DNA of 64,000 bases from contig NC_057758.1 of NCBI RefSeq assembly GCF_004010195.1, positions 9,562,850 to 9,626,849 of the forward strand. Direction: 5' to 3'. This document shows positions 40,381 through 52,775 of this stretch, one piece after another. This DNA is from Chiloscyllium plagiosum. Its lineage: Eukaryota. The translations under genes and the position numbers were made by a program. Position 1 is the stretch's first letter. Every line of letters begins with the position of its first letter. The notes beneath the pieces are model-generated. The model was not told where the DNA came from. It saw nothing but the letters and a program-made list of their open reading frames with translations, and made no database searches.

Positions 40381-42274
40381 GTAGCTAAGGAAATCACTGC
40401 GCAGAAGATAGGGAAGTGGGAAAGGGTATAGGAGTAAACAATAGGTGGCAAGATAAAGCTAGGGAGTCTGTAAAATAGTTGGACAGACAAGGAAGTTAAT
40501 AACTATCAAACCCCCCCTTCCCCATGAAACTGTCCAGCAGCTAATGGGGACTATTAGTGGCTAACAATGGGTTGCGCATTAATGTCGACTATGTAATAAA
40601 AAGGCGTGGTGTGTCGGGGTGGAGGGAAACCGAGTGAAGGTTTTCAAGCCCGAAAATTGTTGCACTCGATTTTGAGACCAAAAGGCTGGATAGAGCTCCA
40701 AGAATAAGACGAGGTACTGTTATTCTAACTGGTATTGAACTTCTCTGAAACACTGCATTAAGCTTGTCACAGAGATGTTAACCAGGGAACAATGTGGTGT
40801 GTTCAATTGCTAGGCCACGGGAAACTCAGGGATTTTGTTTCGTGCACAGAATGTTCGTGTTCCTCGAAGTAGTGACCTTGATTCTTTAATAAAAACAAAC
40901 AACTTTTGGAGTGATACAGCTTTGCTATGTTCGTGCTGCACTAATTTTGTGAGCTGTATCACAGTCAAAATGTAAGCCACTGTTTCAATGAAGCATGGTT
41001 ATTTCACATTTACACTTGCAAAGTGATTTCTGTTCTAGTTGGTGCTGAACAGTTGATCATTTTATTTAGATTCCTTTGTCAAGTATGGTCAAGTGTAGAA
41101 GTACAGAAGAACAGTGAATGATATATAATGTTGCCACATATGACCCCATCTGACGTACAAAGGTACCTTGGCACAAGAAACCTTTAGCCTCAATGTAATA
41201 ACAGAAACAAGAGTTAAAAGGTGAAGTTTTACTTCAAACAATATAGAAATCGGTAGTCATTTCCAATAAGGTTTCTCGCAGTTTAAACTACGTTAAGAAA
41301 GGCATACTTTAGCTGTTCATCAGTCATTGATGAGTCCTGTGTTTATCCAGCTGTGGTGCCTGTTCTTGACTCAACCACCATTGATACTTCCTCTCCGGTC
41401 ATGAATATCTGTTGAAGGGTTTATGCCCAAAACGTCGATTCTCCTGCTCCTTGGGTGCTGCCTGAGCTGCTGTGCTTTTGCAGCCTCACAACCTTCAAAT
41501 CTGATCTCCAGCATCGAGAGCCGCCTCAAGACCAGGCTGAGGTCCGCTGCAAAGAGGCCAGACAGAGAGCCGTGGAAACATCAAAGGCGGGGAAAAAACG
41601 AAAAAAAAAGGGAATGCAGAGAAGGAGACGAAAAGATGGGAGGAGCTCCCTTTCCAGCGTCCGACCCCGTCGTTTTTAAATGAGACTCCGTCACATTGTG
41701 GCAACCATCCACAACTTGGTGAAGGGACGATCGTTGATAAGAGCTAAATATGATTGTTCTCATCACACTATACTGAGGATCGGCTGTTTTGATATTTGAG
41801 ACTGAGTTGTTTAATCTCCAGCAACTATATTTATCTGATGTATTTTTCTACTCCCCAGCCTCTTCCCCAACTCCAAACCTCTGCAACCAAAATTGGACAA
41901 ATGGATTGTTGCAGTCTACTGCAGTCCATGAAGTGTAAATGGCACATCTGAACTGAGATCAAATACAGTGTAATACAAACAATTCTGTGTTTTGCCCTAA
42001 TATCCGTAAAGAATAAAATATGCTGAGAGGAGGTTTTCAGTGTATTCGATGCAATACCTCACTTCATGGCATGAAAACAACGAAGGTTTCTACTTCTGCT
42101 GGCCAAAGGTTGACAGTGCAGCAAAGTGAAATATGAATAATCATTTAATGACATTAATGGATCAGATAAAATACACATTTTTATTGTTTTTCTGATTGTG
42201 TCAAAAACGTAAGACATGAATAATCTTACATGGCACAATTGATCAATGCTTACTCGGGAAAACAGTAAGATGTG

Positions 42275-42477
42275 AAAATGTGTTGCTGGAAAAGCGCAGC
42301 AGGTCAGGCAGCATCCAAGGAACAGGAGAATCGACGTTTCGGGCATGAGCCCTTCTTCAGGCTTATACCCGAAACGTCGATTCTCCTGTTCCTTGGATGC
42401 TGCCTGACCTGCTGCGCTTTTCCAGCAACACATTTTCAGCTCTGATCTCCAGCATCTGCAGTCCTCACTTTCTCCTC
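42275..42477 (+). mobile_element. Fold-back Penelope-derived insertion with hammerhead core
   Basis: About 70-bp inverted arms; the minus strand reads CTGAAGAAGGGCTCATGCCCGAAACGTC. TSD gaaaacagtaagatgtg at 42258-42274 and 42478-42494. Confidence 0.85.
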
Positions 42478-43076
42478 GAAAACAGTAAGATGTGTCAATT
42501 TCTGGAATTTTTTTTTTAATTTCTTTTCCGAGAGGATGTTTACGACTGATAGCTATATGAACAGATGCTTCACAGGTAAACATGAAGTGAAATCTGGACC
42601 TTTTCTCCCATATTTCAGAGATAAGAAGCCCCTTTACGTCAAAATACAGTCTTAACTGGCGCTATGTTTGTTTCTTTCTCTCAAGCTTAGCATAAGAGGC
42701 AATCGTTGTGTGCATACTTGCGGAATTTAAATACAAAAAAATCGGCTTATTGTTTGTCATGATTTTAACAGAGGCTATGGGTATCCTCCTTTCCAGATTT
42801 TACACATACATCAATCAAATCCATTTCAAAAGGAAATCTTCTTATGGTAAGCCTTTGTGACTGGCGGAAGAGGCCAAATCTTGAGAAAAAAATTCCTTCA
42901 CAAGTGGCTGGCACGAATTTATAAAGCGGTGTTGTGGGTTGATATGTCTGTCATTGTGAATTAACAAGCCAAGGAATCATGATGATGCATATGTCAGAAT
43001 GCATGAGCTACATATTCATAGTGCTGTGTGCTGGTTTAGTGTAGTGTTAAAGTCACAATAAGTTATTCAGGTGGAC

Positions 43077-43987
43077 TCAGTATTTATGACATTTCATAAT
43101 AAACGTGCAGAAGTAATTGAAAGCGTGTTTCAACTCACCGCTGAATTTTGTCTGTGTCACTGCATAAAGACACATATTAATGCATGAACTTAAGAATTGT
43201 AGTATATACCTGCTTTCTTGCAGAATAAATTTAGGGTCTTTGGGATTGGAACCTATCGAATAGCTTTCACCTGAAATTTGTGCAAGTAGAAAATGTATAA
43301 GGTTTGTCAGCCACAAGAGAAGGAAACTGCTTGAGATGACAAAGAGCAAAACGATGGACTTTCTCCTGCTCTCCATTTCCGTGTCATGATCATTATTTTC
43401 ATTGTTGTGAGATCGGAGTTTCCTGCAAACTCTATTGGCAACTATAATGTGTCTGACAGTCAGTGCATTAAACAGCAAAATAAGGACGAACGGGAGACAT
43501 GGGGTTTGGATGCTTTCTAACGTTTCAAGAAATCTTTGAACAACAGATGTGTAAATGATCTCTTTTATGTTGCAGTACCAGCCTTTACTATCAATGATGT
43601 ATAAGGGTTCGCATATAAAATAAAACGGAATGATTATCAAACAGCACAGCAAGCAAAGTATTCCTATAACAACAAATGCTATTTTTTCTGTGTAGTATTT
43701 CCTTTCCTGCTCCTGGTTACAGATGGTTAAGAAACGATGAAAAGTGAAAGCAATAGTTAACCAGACAGAGCAGTTTCGGGAAACGTAGACCAGAATAATT
43801 ATCAGACGACATCACTGTGTGGTGTTTAGTAAACTAACTGGAAAGTAAATTGCCAGCAGCCGACATAAAATCACTGCATCGATAAGAACAAGGAGATCAG
43901 TTGCCGGCATCGATACAAGGTACCGAGTGACACATCTTGAAAGACCACATCTTCCTCTGCAGAGTATCACTATCGTCACTAGATTAG
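43077..43987 (-). pseudogene. GPR139-like copy 2, exon 2 with premature stop
   Basis: Same 911-nt length and frame as copy 1, with a ttacAG acceptor at 43988-43989. TGA at 43814-43812 replaces GGA (Gly82), and DRF has become HRF. ORFs 43812..44108 and 43077..43652 are in the same frame. Confidence 0.88.
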
Positions 43988-45687
43988 CTGTAATAGACAG
44001 AGTCTGAAAGAAAGTGAGTGTGAGTGGGGGAGAGAGAGACAGACAGAAAATCAGAGACAGAGACATCGACAGACAGAGAGATACAGGACGCGGTAAAAAA
44101 AACAACATTGTTAGTTGGGTGAAAAGATAACATGAAATTTGTGCCAGTTAATTTGAATTCGACAAAGAAAATTATTCTTTTACTCATATATTTCAAACAG
44201 CTATTTAACAAGAATATCTTTACAAATAATAATTGAATCCAGCATGTAAAATATTAGAGAAACGTTGTAGTTAGATATTTCCGTTGAGATATAACTGTAT
44301 AGAAGTGTATTGATTTCAGAACTAAATAGACGAAGTAACGATGTTGAAACAGTAGCAGAAAACATGTTGAGTCATATCTGAACATGGTTATCAATGACAA
44401 TAGACATACACCAAGAAGCAATCCTGTTCAAATAATTCATCCACGTCCTTTTCTCCAAGTTAAAGCCGGAATTTGGGGCATATACGTATGATTGCACAAA
44501 GGTCAATATCATCCACAGATCATCAGATTCTGAAACAGATTGCATTTAGAGTCATAGAGTCATGCAGGATGGAAACAGACTCTTCAGTCCAACGTTCATG
44601 CCGACCAGATATCCCAACCCAATCTAGTCCCACCTGCCAGTACCTGGCCCATTTCTCTCCAAACCCTTCGCATTCATATGTCCATCTAAATGCCTCTTAA
44701 ATGTTACCATTTTACCAGCCTCCACCACTTCCTCTGGCAGATCATTCCATACACGTACCACGCTCTGTGTGAAAGTAGGAAATTCTCGCTCAACTCAAGT
44801 TCCAGGCATTTGCTATCCCAGAGAAATATAGCAGAGAATGTGTTTGAGTAACTCACTTGATGAATCTCCAATGCAATGCTTGCGGGATGTGTACAGTTCC
44901 AACCATAACCTTGACTGCTTCCAGAAAAAAAACCAAGTAGCTCACTTGACTATCACCATATCAATGAGCATTCACTCCCTCCAGCAGTAATATAAATTAG
45001 TGGTTGTCTGTATTATCTGCAAGATGCATTGTATAATTCACACCGAGACCTGAGACAGAACCCTCTAAACCCATTATGACTACGTAAAAGGGCAAAGACA
45101 ACAGAACCTGCAAAGTGACTTTCAAGATTCCCATCACCCTGATTTACAATGCCTCTTTCAGTGTCGCCATGTCACTACTCTCTAACTAATCCCCAAACTT
45201 TATTTCATTGGGCTTGCATAAATGCACTGCAGTGTTTCAAAACGACAACTTAACCAACATCTTCGGAAGGGAATCTAGGATTTGGTAATGCTTGCGGACC
45301 CAGCCAGCAGTGCACATATTCCACAAGCGTAGACAAAAGCAATATCCAGAAATGAAAAGTGGACATGAATTAATCAAGTGAATTATGTAATGTAAGTATG
45401 AGTGCTAACATGTCTGTAATAAATATCAGAAAGAATGAGGTTGTGAATGTAAAGAAAACCTCGAAACTAGAGTGAATACCATTGCTTGCCATTGTCCACT
45501 GTCACAGAATCAGCTAACTTTGTATTTGAATTCATAATGACCAAACAAAAAAATAATATAATCACAATGCTCCACTGAGCAATTTACAAGTTTTTCGAGC
45601 CGCTGAAAATACAACAAATCCCCAACTTTTCCATGAACACACGTTTAAACATCAGTGTTCCAAGTATATTGTATGATCGTAATTTAC

Positions 45688-45757
45688 CTGGAATTCCAAA
45701 CGCAGCAAGTGCAGAGTAATAAAGTACAAACATCAGCGCTTTTGGAGGAGCATGCAT
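45688..45757 (-). pseudogene. GPR139-like copy 2, exon 1 (MHAPPKALMFVLYYSALAAFGIP+G)
   Basis: ATG at 45757 and a CCAG|gtaaat donor; colinear with copy 1 exon 1 at an offset of 30700. Confidence 0.87.
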
Positions 45758-46099
45758 TTTCAGTTAAAATAATGAATTGGTATCCTGTGCCTTTTGAAAT
45801 GAGGATTGTGATGCATCTATTTATGTCTGGTATTCCCCGCTAGAGACACAATTATTTCAGATCATCTTTAGCACCTGGTATAGTCCGCTTCTCGTAACTG
45901 ATGCAATGACCGTGCTTAAACAGAAAAAACGTATATTAGCTTAAGTGATTAACCACGTGACAGAAGGCATTTATGTGATGTCAAAAGATTTAAACACTTA
46001 AAATTGTTATAAAAATAGCTAATGTTTACACAATACAACATTGACCAGGAAACCTTGTTTGCTAAATCAAAAGTTTAACTGTGAACTTGGTTGCTGTGG

Positions 46100-49000
46100 T
46101 CGTTTTTAAATAATGCAAACGAGATTTCAGGATATCCGAAAACGGGAGGTCGGACAGACAAAAGTCATTGTCCACAATGGCACCAAAGACGTTGGCAGGA
46201 AAACCTGCAACGACAATTTAGGGTGTCAGGTAGTAAAATAAAAAAAACAAGAACTCTCGTTCGTAATCTCAGGATTATTCTCCGTACCACGTGTTATCGA
46301 GGTCAGGAACAAAGACACACTACATTGAACACGTGGTTAATGAGATTGTGTGCGTCGGGGATGGGTTAGTTTCAGATATGTGAATCATTGGGATGTCTTC
46401 CAGAGAAAGTAGGAAATGTACATCAAGGTCGAATTGCTTTACTCGTTAAGAAGGATTTCACAGCTGTGATCAGGACGACACTGTGGAATGATCATGCAGC
46501 GAGGTTTTATTGGTAGAGATCAGAAATCGGAAGGATACAATCACAATGCTAGGATTGCACTATAGATTTCCCAGCTACCAACGTGAAATTGAGGAAGAGG
46601 TATGCAGTCAGATTCTGGACAGATGTGAAATTAACAGGATTTCTGTGGTGAATGGTTTATCCTTCCTCCATATTGACTGCGAATCCCTTAGTGCTGGGGA
46701 TTTGGATGGGGAGCAAATTTAGATATGTTCAGTGAATTTGATCTTCGAAAAAGTATATGGCGGATAGTCCACTAAGGGAGGAGGCCAGGTAGGATCTGTA
46801 AAATGAACCTGTCCAAGTGAAAAAAGTTTCAATGGGGAAACGTTGTGGGAATTGCGATCAGAATTCCATGTGTTTTTGAATGCCTGTGCATAAGGACAGA
46901 AGTGGAGGTCGATTGAAGACGTTAAATATTTGGAAGGCCATTTGTAATTGAATGAGGCAAGAATTAGAGTTTGTGGATGTACAACGGCTGATTGAGAATA
47001 CATCTATATTTGACTGGTGGGAATCTTGAAATACTAATTGATTGGATTGCAGTACAGGCATTTTCCAGTGAACACGGGGGACAGGAATGGCAGGAATTGG
47101 GAACATTGGATGACACAAGAAATTATCGGCTCACTGAAAAGTAAAAAAAGCATACCTAATGTCTATACAACGAAAAATAGACAAAGCTGTGGAAGAATAT
47201 GCTGAAACCAGAATGGTGCTCAAACAGGAAGTTAGAAAGGCTAATATGGGCCATGAAATTTATTTGGCTAGCAAGGTTAAGGAGAAGAGAGAGCTGAGAA
47301 AAAATAGGTCCAGAATAAAGGAAGGAGATTATGTGCAGAGCCAGAAGAAATTTGTAAGATTCTCAATTAGTATTCTCCAAAGAGAGTGACATGAGGAATG
47401 GTGAGGTTGCATAAAGGGGTAGGGTGAAGATGGTGTGTGGAGTTGTTGGTGGGCTGTTAGTCCAGAGACAGTGGAAAAAAGATCTCGGCATCTGGGCTGG
47501 AATCCAGCCTCTGTCAATGATAGTATTTGAATTGAATAATTGTTTGAAATTCAGAACCTCGTGATGACCATTAATCCATAGCTGATCGTCTGGAAACAAA
47601 AAAAACCCAATCTGGCTCACTAATGTATAGAAGGGAATCTGCCATCCTTGCATAATCTAATCTGCATGTGTTGCCCGAACCACGGCAATGTTGTTGACTC
47701 TGAAACTGCTTTCTGAGTAATAAATGTTGGCAGAGCCAACCATGTCCTCGTTCTCGAAATGTGTTAAAAACATAACTCTCGGACAAGTCAGCATAATGAA
47801 GCAGGAAAGTTTGGGTGTCTTGAAATGTATTGCAATGGACAAATCACCTAGGCTCGGATGGGACTTTAGACAACATGTGTGGGAGGCAAGAGGGTAAATA
47901 GTTGGAGCCTTAAGTGATATCTTTGGACTCAGGTGATGTTGCCAAGGGTTGAAGATTGGCCAAGGATTTTCCATGTTGAAAAAGAGAAACCGAGATAATC
48001 TGCATTATTAGAGATGGCCAGGCTTATATCAGTAGTCGAGAAGCTTTTGGCGAATAAACTGAGTGACTGGATATATTCACATTTAGAAGCGAATTTTACG
48101 TATTAGTGATAGGCAGCACAGGCTTGTACAGAAGATGCCATGTCTCAACAACTTCTTTTAGGGGGTAGATGAGAAATGTTGATAAGGGAAGGGCAGTGCA
48201 TGTTTTCTACACAGACATTTGGAAGGCATTTGATAATGTACCCCTGGTAGGCTGGTACAAAATGTGGATTCTCGTGGACTCTGGAGATTGTTGGCTAGAT
48301 GAATACACAATTCGCTTTGTCATAGAAGGCACAGTGTCGTAATGGAAGTGTGTTTTCTTCAGAGAAAAGATCGGTTTCAAGTGTTGCTCCACAGATATCA
48401 GTGTTGGGAGCATTGCTGTTTCTATGTTATATAAATGATCAAAGGAAAACGCGATCAGAAATATTGTGGATGACACAAAAGTTGGCTAAGTTGCCGATTG
48501 TGATGAGATTTGTCAGGTGAACCAACGGATTAAAAATTGATTGCAAATTTGCAAACAGGTAAATGGCAGGGTTAAGCCGGAAAATGTAATTTGATACAAT
48601 TTGGACAATCAAATTCAGGCGTGAATTGTAGAATATAGGGCAGAACCCACGGCTGCATTGACATAGAGAGGGATTTGAGCGTGCAGATCTCCAGATACCT
48701 TACAGTGTCAACTCAGGAAGATAAATTGGTCAAGAACAGATACAGCAAGTTTGACTTCAGCGGCCGAGTACAATTTGGTAAGTTATGTTGCTGTTGTATA
48801 AATTTTTTTAAGTCACTTTTAGAATAGAACAGTACAGCACAGAACAGGCCCGTCAGTCCACAATGTTGTGCCGACCATTGATCCTCATGTATGCACCCTC
48901 AAATTTCTGTGACCATATGCATGCCCAGCAGTCTCTTAAATGTCCCCAATGATCTTCCTTCCACAACTGCTGCTGGCAACGCATTCCATGCTCTCACAAC

Positions 49001-50350
49001 TCTCTGTGTAAAGAACCCGCCTCTGACATCCCCTCTATACTTTCTTCCAACCAGCTTAAATGTATGACCCCTCGTGTTAGCCATTTCTGCCCAGGGAAAT
49101 AGTCTCTGGCTATCGACTCTATCTATGCCTCTCATTATCTTGTATAGCCTCTCATTATCTTGTATACCTCAATTAGGTCCCTTCTCCTCCTCCTTTTCTC
49201 CAATTAAAAAAGTCCGAGCTCAGTCAACCTCTCCTCATAAGATAAGCCCTCCAGTCCAGGCAACATCCTGGTAAACCTCCTCTGAACCGTCCCCAAAGCA
49301 TCCACGTCTTTCCTATAATAGGGTGACCAGAACTGGACCTCCATCTGCCACCTCTCAGCCCATCTCTGCATCCTGTCAATGTCCCACTGCAGCCTACAAC
49401 AGCCCTCTATACTGTCAACGACAGCTCCAACCTTTGCGTCGCCCGCAAACTTGCTGACCCATCCTTCAATCCCCTCATACAAGTCATTAATAAAAATTAC
49501 AAACAGTAGAGGGCCAGGGACAGAGCCCTGTGGAACACCACTCATCACTGACTTCCAGGCAGAGTATTTTCCTTCTACTACCACTCGCTGTCTTCTGTTG
49601 GTCAGCCAATTCTGTATCCAGGCAGCTAAGTTCCCCTGTATCCCATTCCCCCTGACCTTCTGAATGAGCCTACTATGGGGAACCTCATGAAATGCCTTGC
49701 TGAAGTCCATATACACCATATCCACAGCTCGACCCTCATCAACGTTTCTAGTCACATCCTCAAAGAACTAGATAAGGTTTGTGAGGCATGACCTGCCCCT
49801 CACAAAGCCGTGTTGACTGCATTTAATCAAGCCATACTCTTCCAGATAGTCATAAATCCTGTCCCTCAGAATCCTTTCTAACTCCTTCTAATACTGTGCA
49901 CATTTCTCGTCATCCAACTCCCAGGAGAATGTGAATGCCTTGGACGAGGTACAGACAAAATGTAGAAACAAAGGAAGATAGAAATGTTTCCTCGTCTGGG
50001 TGGTTTTAGGTGCGAGGAGAGATTAGATAACCTCGAACTGTTTTTAAGGGAATGGTGGAAACAAAGGGGCGACCTGATAGAGATCTGTAAGATTATGACA
50101 GGCATAGATATGGTCGATAGTAGAAGGCATTTTTATGGAGTGAAAGGTCAACTACAAGAGGACACAGATTCATGGTAAAGGGGGAACGTGTAGTGCAAAA
50201 GTGTAGAAAAAGGTTTTCACACAGAGGTTGGTGGGTTCCTTGAAGATGCTGTCAGTGGGTATGGTGGAAGCAGGATTGCTCGCGAAGTTTAAGACTTCTC
50301 TTGATAGACTCATGAATGGGAGGTCAACAGATGGATAGAAACTCCGTTTG
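46100..50350 (+). mobile_element. Old CR1 LINE, interrupted by a SINE (about 47430-47760) and a young CR1 (48820-49880)
   Basis: VEIRNRK.TITMLGLHYRFP (EN), degenerate RT and RGDLIEICKIM. Confidence 0.7.
48820..49880 (-). mobile_element. Young CR1, same subfamily as 29425-31545, with an internal deletion
   Basis: ORF 49204..49755 jumps from ERWQMEV to QFWSPYY; short tandem duplication gcctctcattatcttgtata at about 49127-49166. Confidence 0.9.
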
Positions 50351-51017
50351 GCAAATAAGTTGCTGCTCGAAATAAGAATTGTAATTTGCGCAGAATTGAT
50401 GGATTCTTGTTCAAAGACAATTTGTGTGATAGTTTCTCATCTGCAGATATGAAGAATCGATCGAAAAATAACGCAATTCGAATGTCTAAGTCCAACACAA
50501 GCAAAATAAAAGAACTCTGATTCAATTTTTTCTCCCTCACATGTCAATTCGACAGTATTCCATTCTCTTTCTCAGTTGTAAACCTGTCATAACTGCTTCA
50601 TTCACAGTTCACAGTTGCAATAAAGTAATCATCTTTCACTTGATTAATTGCACAATTCTTTACTTTCAACGAACTCTTTCTTTCTAACCTATAACATCGT
50701 GTCTGGAATATGCAAGAATATTTCATTTCATGAAGCAACATGCGCCTGAACAGTGTAGAACTAATTTATTTCCCCAGAGAAACTATTTTTCCATGTAAAT
50801 TCAGCGGTGGCTTCAGCAAAGTGAGGCACACATTTTATGTTTGTGCATAGTTTCCTCAAACAAACGATCCATTCTTCATAATCCATAAACAAAAATACGT
50901 TATTGATTGTTCATGCTTGCCGCCAATGTACTGAGGAATGGCAAATCGAGTTTAATATAGATAAATCAGAGCTGTTGCCTTTTAGTTGTTTAACAAAGGC
51001 ACGTCTTACACTGTTAA

Positions 51018-51675
51018 TAGTCATAGAGATGTACAGCACGGAAATAGACCCTTCGGTCCATGCCGACCAGATATCCCAACCCAATCTAGTCCCACCTGCC
51101 AGCACTCGGCCCATATCCCTCCGAACCATTCCTATTCATATATCCACCCAAATGTCTTTTAAATGTTGCCCTTGTACCAGCCTCCACCACTTCCTCTGGC
51201 AGCTCATTCCATACACATACCACCCTCTGCGTGAAAACGTTGGTTCGTAGGTCTCTTTTATATCTTTCCCCTCTCACCCTAAACCTATGCCCTCTAGTGC
51301 TGGACTCGCCGACCCCAGGGAAAAGACTTTGCCTATTTACTTTATCCATGGCCCTCATAATTTTGTAAACCTCCAGAAGGTCAGCCTCCGACGCTCCACA
51401 GTAAACAGCCCCAGCCTGTTCAGCCTCTCCCTATATATCTCAAATCCTCCAACCCTGGCAATATCCTTATAAATCTTTTTTGAACCCTTTCAAGTTTCAC
51501 AATATCTTTCTGATAGGAAGAAGACCAGAATTGCTCGCAATATTCAAACAGTGGCCTAACCAATGTCATGTACAGCCGCCACATGACCTCCCAACTCCTG
51601 TACGCAATACTCTGACCAATAAAGGAAAGCATACCAAACGCCTTCTTCACTATCCTATCTACCTGTGACTCCACT
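51018..51675 (-). mobile_element. CR1 (HER1-like) 3' portion inserted in an older plus-strand CR1 (about 50920-52085)
   Basis: ORFs 51420..51674 and 51086..51358. Confidence 0.88.
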
Positions 51676-52602
51676 CGAAGAGTGTTGTTGAGGCGGAGAG
51701 AAGTACGGGTGCAGGTTCATAGTTCCTTGAAAGTGGCATCTCAGGTAGACAGGACGGTGAACTTGGAGGTTGGCACACTTGCCTTTATTAGTCAGGGCCT
51801 TGCGTATAGGATCTGAGGTATCATGTTCGGACTTGCAAGACATTGCTGAGGCCAGTTTTAGAGTACGAAACACAATTCTCGTCTCTCTTCTCTGGAAACA
51901 GTATTGTTAAACCTGAAAGGGTAAAAAGAAACACAAACATAAAATGAATTTAACAGGCCTCGAGGGTTCAGATATAAAGAGAGAGACTGGATAGGCGCCG
52001 ACCCTTTTATCCTGGATCATCAGAGGCTTAAGGCTAGGTTTGTACAGGTTTATGAAACCAGGGAAAGAGCTGATAAGGTAGATAGTGTTATGGAACTGAA
52101 GACACCCCCTTAAAATATATAAAGGAGATAATCTGGGCCGGAACTTAGTTTCACATTATAAAGCTAAGTGTAAGATGTTTTGTTACAGATGAAATTCGAT
52201 TAATCAAACGATCATGTTAGCAACTAAACATATTATTCATACACCGCTGTAAACTATGGAAAAAGCAAAAAAAAAGTAAAACTGACATAACTGTAACTGC
52301 TGAAAGCTTAACAAATCAATATATTGTCGAGACTGATCACAACACCTTGTCATTTACTACAGTTATGGAGAGGGATATGAGCAGACGGCATGGCAAGTAT
52401 TTAATTGGAGGAGGGAGAATTAGGCAGGAACTGTGGGGCATAAATTGGGAACAGATATTCTCAGGTAAATGCATGACAGAAATATGGAGGTTGTTTTAGG
52501 CGCACTTGCTTCGAGTTCCGGATATGTTTACTTCACTGAGGCAAGGAATGGATGTACCATCTCAACACCCAAAGACATTACCATTGCTGTAATCCATTGG
52601 CA

Positions 52603-52775
52603 GAGAAAGTGAGGTCTGCAGATGCTGGAGATCAGAGCTGAAAATGTGTTGCTGGAAAAGCACACAGGGCAGGCAGCATCCAAGGAACAGGAGAATCGAC
52701 GTTTCGGGCATGAGCCCTTCTCCTGTTCCTTGGATGCTGCCTGACCTGCTGTGCTTTTCCACTAACGCATTTTCA
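52603..52775 (-). mobile_element. Fold-back Penelope-derived insertion (opposite orientation)
   Basis: Inverted arms with the junction at gggcatgagcccttc. TSD gctgtaatccattggca at 52586-52602 and 52776-52792. Confidence 0.85.

Larger units (their letters stand above)
35460..40870. repeat. Segmental duplication block B, copy 2 (with later CR1, Penelope and LTR insertions)
   Basis: Colinear with 22720-26100 once the inserts at about 36120-36510, 37310-39058 and 39569-40380 are removed. Confidence 0.72.
42815..47400. repeat. Segmental duplication block A, copy 2
   Basis: As for block A copy 1. It lacks the 15407-15621 palindrome and the 16.0-17.5 kb CR1 insertions, and carries an extra CR1 tail at 44548-44775. 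Confidence 0.8.

Noticed and set aside
43812..43814. TGA as selenocysteine or programmed readthrough
   Set aside because: It aligns to Gly rather than Cys, I recognised no SECIS, and the context TGA-TGT is not a typical readthrough motif.
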